Shown here one piece after another: positions 27,601 to 40,778 of a stretch of 64,000 nucleotides of DNA. The stretch lies in NCBI RefSeq assembly GCF_009914755.1, contig NC_060939.1; one strand, given 5' to 3'. A program made the translations under genes and the position numbers. Below the pieces are notes generated by a model, which saw only the letters and a program-made list of their open reading frames with translations, had not been told where the DNA came from and made no database searches. The stretch is from the human T2T-CHM13v2.0 reference genome, Homo sapiens. Numbering within the stretch: the stretch's first letter is position 1; every line of letters begins with the position of its first letter.

Positions 27601-30600
27601 GCAGATTTTACAAAAAGAGTGTTTCAAAACTGCTGAATGAAAAGAAAGGTTGAACTCTGTGGGTTGAATGCACACATCACAAAGAAGTTTCTCAGAATGC
27701 TTCTGTGTAATTTTTATGTGAAAATATAGCGTTTTCCGCCATAGGCCTCAATGTGCTCCAAATATCCACTTGCAGATTCTACAAAAAATGTGTTTCCAAA
27801 CTGCTCAACCAAAAGAACGGTTCAACTCTGTGAGATGAAACCACATATTATAAAGAAGTTTCTCAAAAATTCTCTGTCTAGTTTTTATGTGAGAATATTT
27901 CCTATTTCATCCATAGGCATCAATGGGCTGAGAAATATCCCTTCACAGATTCTACAAAAGGACTGTTTCCAAACTGCTCAATCGAAAGAAATGTTCAACT
28001 CTTTGTGATGAATGTGCACATCACAAAGAAGTTTCTCAGAATGATTCTGTCTAGTTTTTATGTGAAGATATTTCGTTTTCCACTATAGACCACAAAGCGC
28101 TCCAAATATCCACTTGCAGATTCCCCATAAAGAGTGTTTCCAAACTGCTCAATCAAAGGAAAGTTACAACTCTGTGAGATGAAAGAATACATCATAAAGA
28201 AGTTTCTCAGAAAGCTTCTATCTAGTTTTTATGTGAAGATATTTTCTGTTTCACCATAGTCCAGAAGGTGCTCAAAAATAGCCCTTTGCAGATTCTACAC
28301 AAAGACTGTTTCCAAACTTCTGAACCAAAAGAAAGGTTCAACTCTGTGAGATGAAAGCACATATCTCAAAGAAGTTTCTCAGAAAGCTTCTGTCTGGTTT
28401 TTATGAGAAGATATTTCCTATTTCACCGTAGGCCTCAATGGGCTGAGAAATATCCCTTTGCAGATTCTACAAAAGGACTGTTTCCAAACTGCTCAATCCA
28501 AAGAAAGTTTCACCTCTTTGAGTTGAATGCATACATCACAAAGAAGTTTCTCAGAATGCTTCTGCCTAGTTTTTATGGGAAGATATTTCCTTTTTCATCA
28601 TAGGCCTTAAACTGTTCTCAGATATCCCACTGCAGATACTACAAAAAGACTGTCTCCAAACTGCTCTATCAAAAGTAAGGTTCAACTCTGTGAGATGAAA
28701 GGATACATCTCAAAGAAATTTCTCAGAATTCTTCTGTCTAGTTTTCATGTGAAGATATTTCTTTTTCGATATAGGCCTCCAACTTCTCAGAAATTTCCCA
28801 TTCCAGATTGTACAAAAAGACTGTTTCCAAACTGCTCAATGAAAAGAAACGTTCAACTCTGTGAGATGTATGCACGCATCAAAAAGAAGTTTCTCAGAAA
28901 GCTTCTGTTTATATTTCATGTGAAGATATTTCCTTTATCACCATAGGCCTCAAAGCGCTCCAAATATCCATTTGCAGATTCTACAAAAAGACTGTTTCCA
29001 AACTGCTCAATCAAAAGAAAGTTTCAAATCTGTGACATGAAAGCACACATCACTAAGAAGTTTATCAGAAAGCTTCTGTCTAGTTTTTATGTGAAGATAT
29101 GTCCTTTTTCACCATAGGCATCAATGGGAACAGAAATATCCCTTTGCAAATCCTACAAAAAGACTGTTTCTAAACTGCTCAACCAAAAGAATGGTTCAAC
29201 TCTGTGAGATGAAAGCACATATCACAAAGAAGTTTCTCAGAAATCCTCTGTCTAGTTTTTATGTGAAGATATTTCCTATTTCATCCATAGACCTCAATGG
29301 GCTCAGAAATATCCCTTCACAGATTCTACAAAACGACTGTTTCCAAACTGCTCAATCCAAAGACAGGTTCATCTCTTTGAGATGAATGCACATAATACAA
29401 AGAAGTTTCTTAGAATACTTCTACCTAGTTTTTATGTGAAGATATTTCCTTTTTCACCACAGGCCTTAAACTGCTCTCACATATCCCTCTTCAGATACTA
29501 CAAAAAGACTGTTTCCAGACTGCTCCATCAAAAGAAAAGTTCAACTCTATGAGATGAATAGATACGTCACAAAAAATTTTCTCAGAATACTTCTGTCTAC
29601 ATTTTATCTGAAGATATTTCTTTTTCACCATAGGCCTCCAACTTCGCAGAAATTTCCTTTGCAGACTGTACAAAAAGACTGTTTCCAAACTGCTCAATGA
29701 AAATAAAGTTTCACCTCTGTGAGATGTATGAACTCATCAAAAAGAAGTTTCTCAGAAAGCTTCTGTTTAGATTTCATGTGAAGATATGTCATTTTTCACC
29801 ATAGGTGTCAAACCGCTCGAAATATCCTTTGCAGATTCTACAAAAAGACTGTTTCCAAACTGCTCAATCAAAAGAAAGGTTTAAACCTGTGAGATGAAAG
29901 CACACATCACTAAGAAGTTTCTCAGAATGTTTATGTCTAGTTTTTAAGTGAAGATATTTCTTCTTTCACCATAGGTCTCAATGGGCTCAGAAATATCCCT
30001 TTGCAGATCCTACAAAAGGACTGTTTCCAAACTGCTCAATCAAAACAAAGTTTCAACTCTGTCAGATGAATGCACACATCACAAAGAAGTTTCTCAGAAT
30101 CTTCTGACTAGGTTTTATATGAAGATATTTCTTTTCTCACCAAAGTCCTCAAAATGCTCACAAATATCTCTCTGCAGATACTATCAAAGACTGTTTCCAA
30201 ACTACTCAATCAAAAGAAAGGTTCAACTCTGTGAGATGAATGCACACATCACAAAGATGTTCCCAGAATGCTTCTGTCTGTTTGTTATGTGAAGATATTT
30301 CCTTTTTCACCACAGGCCTCAAAGCACTCCAAATATCCATTTGCAGATCCTACAAAAAGAGAGTTTCCAAATTGCTCAATCAAAAGAAAGTTTCATTTCT
30401 GTGAGATGAAAACACACATCCCAAAGAAGTTTCTCAGAAAGCTTCCATTTATTTTTTATGTGAAGATATTTCCTAATTCACAATAGGCCTAAATTGGCTA
30501 AGAAGTATCCCTTTGCAGATTGTACAAAAATACTGTTTCCAAACTGCTGAATCAAAAGAAAAGTTGAACTCTGTGAAATGAATGCACACATCGCAAAGAA

Positions 30601-30876
30601 GTTTCTCAGAAAGCTTCTGTTTAGTTTTTATGTGAAGACATCTCCTTTTTCATCATAGGTGTCAAAGTGAACAAAATACCCATTTGCAGGTTCTACAAAA
30701 GGAGTGTTTCAAAACTGCTCAATCAAGAGAAAGGTCCAACTCTGTGAGATGAATGCACACATCACAAAGACGTTTTGCAGAAAGTTTCTGTGTAGTTTTT
30801 ATGTGAGGATATTTCCTTTTTCACCATAGGCCTTAAACCTCTCACAAATATCACTCTGCATATACTACAAAAAAAA
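18623..30876 (-). repeat. Monomeric alpha satellite, reverse orientation, several sequence layers
   Basis: Reverse-complement motifs aactgctcaatcaaaagaaaggttcaactctgtgagatgaatgcacacatcacaaagaagtttctcag. pJ-alpha-type ttccttttccaccatag boxes. Confidence 0.97.
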
Positions 30877-31281
30877 GAACCAACACAAATGTCCAACAAT
30901 GATAGAGTGGATTAAGAAAATGTGGCACATATACACCATGGCGTATATGCAGCCATAATAAATGATGAGTTCATGTCCTTTGTAGGGACCTGGATGAAAT
31001 TGGAATTCATCATTCTCAGTAAACTATCGCAAGAACAAAAAACCAAACACCACATATTCTCACTCATAGGTGGGAATTGAACAATGAGAACACATGGACA
31101 CAGGAAGGGGAATATCACACTCTGGGGACTGTTGTGGGGGGGAGGATAGCATTGGGAGATATACCTAATGCTAGATGACGAGTTAGTGGGTGCAGTGCAC
31201 CAGCATGGCACATGTATACATATGTAACTAACCTGCACATTGTGCACATGTACCCTAAAACTTAAAGTAAAATTAAAAAAA
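30877..31281 (+). mobile_element. 5'-truncated L1 (L1PA2-like), ~405 bp
   Basis: gaaccaacacaaatgtccaacaatgatag... gggaatatcacactctgggg... gctagatgacgagttagtggg, then a short A tail. Inserted in the alpha A-run tacaaaaagactgtttcc. Confidence 0.95.
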
Positions 31282-34200
31282 ACTGTTTCCAAACTGCTCA
31301 ATCAAAAGGAACGTTCAACTCTGTGAGATGAATGCTCAAATCACAAAGAAGTTTGTCAGAATGTTTCTGTCTTGTTTTTATCTGAAGATATTTCTTATTC
31401 ACCATACATCTCAAACCGCTGAGAAATATCTCTTTGGAGATTGTACAAAAAGACGGTTTCTGAACTGCTCAATTAAAAGAAAGGTTCACATCTGTGAAAT
31501 GAATGCACTCATAGAAAGAAGTTTCTCAGAATGCTTCTGTCTAGCTTTTTTATGTGAAGATATTTCTTTTTCACCATAGGCCTCAAAATGATCAGAAATG
31601 TCCCTTTGCAGATTGTACAAAAAGACGGTTTCCAAACTGCTCAATCAACAGATATGTTCAACTATGTGAGATGAATGCAAACATCACAAAAAGTTTTCTC
31701 AAAAAGCTTCTGTCTAGTTTTTATGTGAAGATATTTCCTTTTTCACCATAGTCCTCAAAGCGTTCCTAATATCCATTTGCAGATTCTACAAAAACACTGT
31801 TTCCAAACTGCTCAATCAAAAGAAAAGTTCAACTCTGTTAGATGAAAGCACACATGAAAAAGAATTTAATAAGAAATCTTTTGTCTAGTTTTTATGTGAA
31901 GATATTTCCTGTTTCATCGTAGGCCATAAAGGGCCCACAAATATCCCATTGCAGATTCTACAAAAAGACTGTTTCCAAACTGCTCAATCAAAAGAAAGCT
32001 TCAACCCAGTGAGATGAATGGACACATCACAAAGAAGTTTCTCCAAAAGCTTCTGTCTAGTTTTCATGTGAAGATATGTCGTTTTTCACCATAGGCATCA
32101 AAGGGAACAGAAATATCCCTGTGTAGATCCTACAAAAAGACTGTTTCAAAACTGCTCAACCAAAAGAATGGTTCAACTCTGTGAGATGAAAGCACATATC
32201 ACAAAGAAGTTTTTCAGAAATCCTCGGTCTAGTTTTTATGTGAAGATATTTCCTATTTCACCACAGGCCTCAAAGGGATCATAAATATCCCTTCACAGAT
32301 GCTACAAAAGGACTGTTTCCAAGCTGCTCAATTCAAAGACAGGTTCACCACATTCCTATGAATGCACACATCACAAAGAAGTTTCTTAGAATGCTTCTGC
32401 CTAGTTTTTATGTGAAGATATTTCCTTTTACACAATAGGCCTTAAACTGCTCTCACATATACCTCTGCAGATACTATAAAAAGACTGTTTCCAAAATGCT
32501 CCATCAAAGGAAAGGTTCAACTCTGTGAGATGAATGGATACATCACAAAGAAGTTTCTCAGAATACTTCTGTCTGGTTTTATCTGAAGATATTTCTTTTT
32601 CACCACAGTTCTCAAACTTCGCAGAAATATCCCTTTGCAGATTGTACAAAAAGACTGTTTCCAAATTGCTCAATGAAAAGCAAGGTTCAACTCTGTGAGA
32701 TGTACGTACTCATCAAAAAGAAGTTTCTCAGAAAGCTTCTGTTTAGTTTTAATGTGAAGATATTTCCTTTTTCACCATAGGCCTCAAAGCACTCCAAGTA
32801 TCCATTTGCAGATTCTACAAAAAGACTGTCTCCAAACTGCTCCTTCAAAAGAAAGGTTCAAATCTGTGAGATGAAAGCACACATCACTAAGAAGTTTCTC
32901 AGAGAGCTTCTGTCTAGTTTTTAAGTGAGGATATTTCCTTTTTCAACATAGGCCTCAATGGACTCAGAAATATCCCTTTGCAGATCCTACAAAAGGACTG
33001 TTTCCAAACTGCTCTATCAAAATAATGGTTCCATTCTGTGAGTTGAATGCACACATCACAAATAAGTTTCTCAGAATGCTTCTGACTAGGTTTTATGTGA
33101 AGATATTTCCTTTCTCACCACAGTCCCCAAAATGCTCAGAAATATCTCACTGCAGGTATTATAAAAGACTGTTTCCAAACTGCTCAATCAAAAAAAAAGG
33201 TTCAACTTTTGACGTGAATGTACACATCACAAAGACGTTTCTCAGAAAGCGTCTGTCTAGTTTTTATGTGAGGATATTTCCTTTTTCACCATAGGCCTTA
33301 AAACACTCACAAATATCACTCCGCATATACTACAAAAAGACTGTTTCCAAACTGCTCAATCAAAAGAAAAGTCAACTCTGTGAGATGAAAGCACACATAA
33401 AAATGAACTTTCTATGAAAGCTGCTGTCTAGTTTTTATGTGAAAATATTACTTCTTAAGCAGAGGCCTCAAACGGCTAACAAATATCCCTTTGCAGATTA
33501 TAGATAAAGACTGTTTCCAAACTGCTCAATCAAAAGAAAGGTTGAACTCTGTGAGATGAATGCATACATCACAAAGAAGTTTCATAGAAAGCTTCTGTTT
33601 AATTTTTATGTGAAGATATTTCCGTTTTCACCATAAATCTCAAAGCGCTCAAATAACCATTTGCAGATTCCACAAAAAGAGTGTTTCAATACTTCTCAAT
33701 CAAAAGGAAGGTTCAACTCTCTGAGATGAAAGCACACATCACAAAGAAGTTTCTCAGAAAGTTTCTGTCTAGTTTTTATGTGAAGATATTTCTTATTACC
33801 CCAGAGGTCTCAATGGGCTCACAAATATCCCTTTGTAGATTTTACAAAACGACTGTTTCCAAACTGCTCAATCAAAAGAAACTTTAAACCTGTGAGATGA
33901 ATGCACATATCAGGAAGAAGTTTCGCAGAATGCTTCTGTCTAGTTTTTATGTGAAGATATTTTGTTTTCCACTATAGGAATCAAAGTGCTCCAAATAGCC
34001 ACTTGCAGATTGTAAAAAAAGACTGTTTCAAAACTGCTCAACAAAACAAAGTTTGAAGTCTGTGTGATGAATGGACACATCACAAAGAAGTTTCCCAGAA
34101 TTCTTCTGTCTGATTTTTATGTGAAGATATTTCCTTTTTCTCCATAGGCCTCAACACACTACAAATATCCATTTGCAGATACTACAAATGACTGTTTACA

Positions 34201-37200
34201 AACTACCCAATCAAAAGAAAGTTCAACTCTGTGTGATGAATGCACATATCACTAGAAATTTTCTCAGAAAATTTGGGTCTAGTTTTTATGTGAAGATATT
34301 ACCTATTTCCCCAGAGTCCTCAATGGGCCCAAAAATATTCCCTTTCAGATTTTACAAAATAACTGTATCAAAGCTGTGCAATCAAAAGAAAGGTTCAACA
34401 GTGTGAGATGAAAGCACACATCACCAGGAAGTTTCTCAGAATTCTTCTTTCTAGATTTTATGTGAAGATATTTCCTTTTCCACTATAGGCCTCAAAACGC
34501 TCCAAATATCCATTTGCAGACACTATAAAGAGAGTGTTTCAAAACTGCTTAATCAAAAGAAAGGTTCAACTCTGTGAGATGAATGCGCACAACTCAAAGA
34601 AGTTTCCCAGAAAGCTTCGGTCTAGTCTTAACGTGAAGATATTTCGTTTTCCAACATAGGCCTCAAAGCACTCAAATTACCACTTGCAGATACTACAAGA
34701 AGACTGTTTCCAAACTGCTCCATAAAAAGAAAGGTTTAACTCTGTGAGACAAATGCACACATCACAAAGAAGTTTCTCAAAATGCTTCTGCTTAGTTTTT
34801 ATGGGAAGATATTTCCTTTTTTACCATAGGTCTCAAAATGCTGCTATTATCCATTTGCAGATACTACAAAAAGACTGTTGCCAAACTGCTCAGTCAAAAG
34901 AATGGCTCTACTCTGTGAAATGAATGCACACATCACAACGAAGTTTCTCACAATGCTTCTGTCTCATTTTTATTTGAAGATATTTCCTTTTCCACCATAG
35001 ACCACAAATCGCTCCAAACATCCACTTGCAGATTCTACAAAAAGAGTGTTTTCAAACTGCTCCATCAAAAGAAAGGCTCATCTCTGTGAGATGAAAGCAC
35101 AGATCACAAACAAGTTTCTAGGAAAGTTTCTGTCTAGTTTTTATGTGAAGATATTTCCTATCACCCCACAGGCCTCAATGGGCTCACAAATATCCCTCTG
35201 TAGATTCTACAAAACGACGGTTTCCAAATTGCTCAATGAAAAGAAAGGTTCAACTCGGTGTAGTGAATGCACACATCACAATGAAGTTTCTCAGAATGCT
35301 TGTTTCTAGTTTCCATATGAAGATATTTTCTTTTCCACCATAGGCCTCAAAGCACTCCAAGTATCCCCTTGCAGATTCTGCAAAAAGTGTGTTTCAAAAC
35401 TATTCAATCAAAAGAAAGGTACAACACAATGTGGTGATTGCAGACAAAACGAAGTAGTTTCTAGGAATGTTTCTGTCTGAAGATATTTCCTTTTTCATCA
35501 TAGGACTCAAAGCCCTTCAAATATCCATTTGCAGATACTACAAAAATACTGTTTCCAAACTTCTTAATGAAAAGAAAGGTTCAAATGTGTGAGATGAAAA
35601 GACAAATCACAAAGTAGTTTCTCAGAAAGTTTCTGTCTAGTTTTTATGTGAAGATATTTCTTATTGCCCCATGGGCCTCAATTGGCTCAAAAATACCCCT
35701 CTGCACATTCAACAAAATGACTCTTTCCAAACTGCTGAATCAATAGAAACGTTCAACTGTGTTAGATGAATGGACACAACAAAGAGAAGTTTCTGAGAAA
35801 GATTCTATCTAGTTTTTATGTGAAGATATTTCCTTTTCCACAATAGGCCTTTAAGCACTCCAAACATCCACTTGTGGATTCTACAAACAGAGTGTTTCAA
35901 AACTGCTCAATCAAAAGAAATGTTCAGCTCTGTGAGATGAATGCAGACATCACAAAGAAGTTTCTCAGAATGCTTCTGCCTAGTTTTTATGGGAAGATAT
36001 TTCCTTTTTCACCATAGGCCTCAAAGTGCTGCTAATATCCATTTGCAGATATCACAAAAAGACGGCTTCCAAACTGCCCAATCAAAAGAAAGTTTCAACT
36101 CTGTGAGATGAAAGCAAACATCACAAAGAAGTTTCTCAGAAAGTTTCTGTCTAGTTTTTATGTGAAGATATTTCCTATCGCCCCATAGGCCTCAATCAGC
36201 TCACAAGTATCCTTCTGCAGATTATACAAAATGACTCTTTCCAAACCGCTCAATCACAGGAAAGGTTCAACCCTGTGAAATGAATGCACCCATCACAAAG
36301 AAGTTTCTCAGAATGCTTCTTTCTAGTTTTTATGTGAAGAAGATTCCTTTTCCACCATATTCCACATGCGCTCCAAATATACACTTGCAGATTCTGCTAT
36401 AAGACAGTTTCAAAACTGTTCAATCAAAAGAAAGGTTCAAATCTGTGAGATGAATGCACATGTCACAAAGAAGTTTCTACAAATGCTTCTGTCTGATTTT
36501 TATGTGAAGATATTTCCTTTTTCACCATAGGCCTCAATATGCTCCAAATATCCATTTGCAGATACTACAAAAAGACTGTTTCCAAACTGCTCAACCAAAA
36601 GAAAGTTCAACTCAGTGAGATGAATGCACACATCACAAAGAAGTTTCTCAGAAAGATTCTGTCTAGTTTTTATGTGAAGATATTTCCTATTTCCACAGAG
36701 GCCTCAATGGGCTCACAAACATTCCTTTGCATATTCTACAAAACGACTGTTTCGAAGTTGCTCAATCAAAAGAATGGTTCAACACTGTGAGATAAATGCA
36801 CACATTCCAAGGAAGTTTCTCAGAATTCTTCTGTCTAGTTTTTATTTGAAGATATTTCCTTTTCCACTGTAGGCCACAAAGCGCTCCAAATATCCACTTG
36901 CAGATTCTACAAAAAGAGTGTTTCCACTCTGCTCAATCAAAAGAAAAGTTCAACTCTGTGAGATGAATGCACACAGTGCAAAGAAGTTTCTCAGAAAGCC
37001 TCTGTCTAGTTTTTAGGGGAAGATATTTCGTTTTTCACCGTAGGCCAAAAGCACTCCAAATATCCGTTTGCAGATTCTACAAAAAGACTGTTTCTAAACT
37101 GCTCAATCAAGAGAAAGTTTCAACCTGGTGAGATGAAGTCACACATGACAAATAAGTTTCTCAAAAATTATCTCTCTAGTTTTTATGTGAAGGTATTTTC

Positions 37201-40200
37201 TATTTCCCCAGAAGCCTCAATGTGCTTACAAACATCCCTTTGCAGATTCTACAAAAAGACAGTTTCCAAACTAATCAATCAAAAGAATGGTTAAACTCTG
37301 TGCAATGAATGCACACATCACAAAGAAGTTTCCCAAAATGCTGCTGTCTAGTTTTTATGGGAAGATATGTCCTTTTCCACCATAGGCCTCAAAGTGCTCC
37401 AAATATCCACTTGCAGATTCTACAAAAATACTGTTTCCAAACTGCTCAATAAAAAGAAAGGTTCAACTCTGTGAGATGAATGGACATATCACAAAAAGTT
37501 GTCAGAATACTTCTGTCTAGTTTTTATTGGAAGATATGTACTTTTCCACAAATGACCTCAAAGTGCTCCAAATATCCACTTGCAGATTGCACAAAAAGAG
37601 TGTTTCAAAACTGCTCAATCAAAAGAAAAGTTCAACTCTGTGAAATGAATGCACCGATCACAAAGAAGTTTCTCAGAATGCTTTTGTATCGTTTTTATGT
37701 GAAGAAGATTCCTTTTCCACCATATTCCTAATGCACTCCAAATATACACTTGCAGATTCTGCTAAAAGAGTGTTTCAAGACTGCTCAATCAAAAGAAAGG
37801 TTCTAATCTGTGAGATGAATGCACACATCACAAAGAAGTTTCTATGAATACTTCTGTCTGATTTATATTGAAGATATTTCCTTTTTCACCGTAGGCCTAA
37901 GAGCGCTTAAAAGATCAATTTGCAGATACTAGAAAAAGACTGTTTCCAAACTGCTCAATCAAAATAAAGTTCAACTCAGTGGGATGAATGCACACATCAC
38001 AAAGAATTTTCTGAGAAAGATTCTGTCTAGTTTTTATGTGAAGATATTTCCTATTTCCTCAGAAGCATCAATGGGCTCACAAATATTCCTTTGCATATTT
38101 GAAAAATTAATGTTTAGAAGCTGCTGAATCAAAAAAAAGGTTCAACACTGTGAGATGAATGCACACATTCAAAGGAAGGTTCTCAGAATTCTTCTGTCTA
38201 GTTTTTATGCGAAGATATTTCCTTTTTCACTATAGGCCACAAAGCGCTCCAAATATCCAATTGCAGACTCTACAAAAAGAGTTTTTCCACACTGCTTAAT
38301 CAGAAGAAAAGTTCAACTGTGTGAGATGAATGCACACATCACAAAGAAATTTCTCAGAAAGCTTCTGCCTACTTTTTATGGGAAGATATTTCGTTTTTCA
38401 ATATAGGCCAAAAGCACTCCAAATATCCATTTGCAGATTCTACAAAAAGACTGTTTCCAAACTGCTCAATAAAGAGAAAGTTTCAACCGGGTGAATTGAA
38501 GTCACACATGACAAAATAGTTTCTCAGAAAGTATCTGTCTAGTTTACATGTGAAGATATTTCCTATCACCCCAGAAGCCTCAATGGGCTCACGAATATCC
38601 CTTTGCAGATTCTACAAAACGACAGTTTCAAAACTGCTGAATCAAAAGAAAGGTTCAACTCTGTGAGATGAATGCACAGATCACAAATAAGTTTCTCAGA
38701 ATGCTGCTGTCTAGTTTTTAATGGGAAGATATGTCCTTTTCCACCATAGGCCTGAAAGTGCTCCCAATATCCACTTGCAGATTGTACAAAAAGAGTGTTT
38801 CAAAACTGCTCAATCAAAAGAAAAGTTCAACTCTGTGAGATGAAAGCACACATCAGAAAGTAGTTTCTCAGAAAGTTTCTGTCTAGTTTTTATGTGAAGA
38901 TATTTCCTATCACTCCATACGTCTCAATGGGCTCACAAATATCCCTCTGCAGATTCTACAAAACGACTGTTTCCAAACTGTTCAATCCAAGGAAAGGTTC
39001 AACTCTGTGAAATGAATGCACCCATCTGACAGAAGTTTCTCAGAATTTTTCTATCTAGTTTTTATGTGACAATGTTTCCTTTTCTACCATAGGCCTCAAA
39101 GCACTACAAATATCCAATTGAAGATACTACAAAAAGTGTGTTTCAAAACTGCTCAATCAAAAGAATGGTTCAACTTCGTGACATGAATGCACATATCACA
39201 AAGAAATTTCTCAGAATGCTTCTGTCTAGTTTTTATTTGAAGATATTTCCTTTTCCACCATAGGCCTCAAAGCACTCCAAATATCAACTTGCACAACCTA
39301 TGAAAAAGTTTTTCAAAACTGCTCAATCAAAAGAAAGCATCAGCTCTGTGACATGAATGCACACATCACAAAGAGGTTTCCCAGAATGCTTCTGCCTAGT
39401 TTTTATGGGAAGATATTTTCTTTTTCACCATAAGCCTCAAAGTGCTCTAAATATCCATTTGCAGGTGAGAAAAATACTGTGTCTAAACTGCTCAATCAAA
39501 AGAAAATTTCAGCTCTGTGAGATGAATGCACACATCACAAAGAACTTTCTCAGAATGACTCTTACTAGTTTTTATGTGAAGATATTTCCTTTTCCAACAC
39601 AGGCATCTAAGCACTCCAAATATCCAATTGAAGATTCCACAAAAAGAGTGTTTCAAAACTGCTCAATCATAAGATAGGTTTAACTCTGTGAGATGAATGC
39701 ACACATCACAAAGAAATTTCTCAGAATGCTTCTATCTACTTTTTACATGAAGTTATTTCCTTTTCCACTATAGGCCTCAAATCACTCCAAATATCCGTTT
39801 GCAGATCCTACAAAAAGAGTGTTTCTGAACTGCTCAATCAAAAGAAAGGCTCAACTCTGTGAGATGAATGTACATATCACAAAGAGGTTCCTCAGAATAC
39901 TTCTGTATAGTTTTTATGTGAAGATATTTCCTTTTCCACCAAAGGCCTCAAAGCGCTCCAAATATCCACTTGCAGATTCTACAAAAAGAGTGATTAAATA
40001 CTTCTGAAAAAAGAAAGGTTCAGCTCAGTGAGAAGAATGCATACATCCAAAGAACACTCTCAGAATGCTTCTGTCTAGCTTTTATGTGAAGATATTTCCT
40101 TTTCCATCATAGGCATCAAAGTTCTCCAAATATCCACTTGCAGATTATACAAAAAGAGTGTGTTAAAACTGCTCAATCAAAAGAAAGTTTCAACACAGGG

Positions 40201-40778
40201 AGTTGAATGCACACATCACAAACAAGTTACTCAGAATGCTTGTGTCTGATTTTTATGTGAAGATATTACCTTTTCCACCAAAGGCCTCAAAGTGCTCCAA
40301 ATATCCCCTTGAAGATTCTGCAAAAAAAGTGATTAAATACTTCTCAAAAAAGAAATCTTCAACTCTGTGAGATGAATGCAAAAATCACAGAATTTTCTCA
40401 GAATGCTTCTTTCTAGGTTTTATGTGAAGATATTTCCTTTTCCTCTGTAGGCCTCAAAACACTACAAATATCCAGTTTCCGATACTACAGAAAAAGTGTG
40501 TTAAAACTCCTCAATCAAAAGAAAAGTTCAACACAGGGAGTTGAATGCAGACATCACAAAGAAGTTTCTCTGAATGCTTGTGTCTGATTTTTATGTGAAG
40601 GTATTTCATTTTCCACCATAGGCCTCAACGGGCTCCAAATATCCAGTTGCAGATTCTGAAAAAAGAGTGTTTCAAAACTGCTCAATGAAAATAAAGATTC
40701 AACTCTGTGAAATGAATGCACACATGACAAAGAAGTTCCTCAGAATGCTTCTGTCAAGTTTTTATGTGAATATATTTC
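31282..40778 (-). repeat. Monomeric alpha satellite with local multi-monomer duplications
   Basis: Reverse-orientation monomers. Shared private variants recur at 8-mer and 2-mer spacing. Confidence 0.97.
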
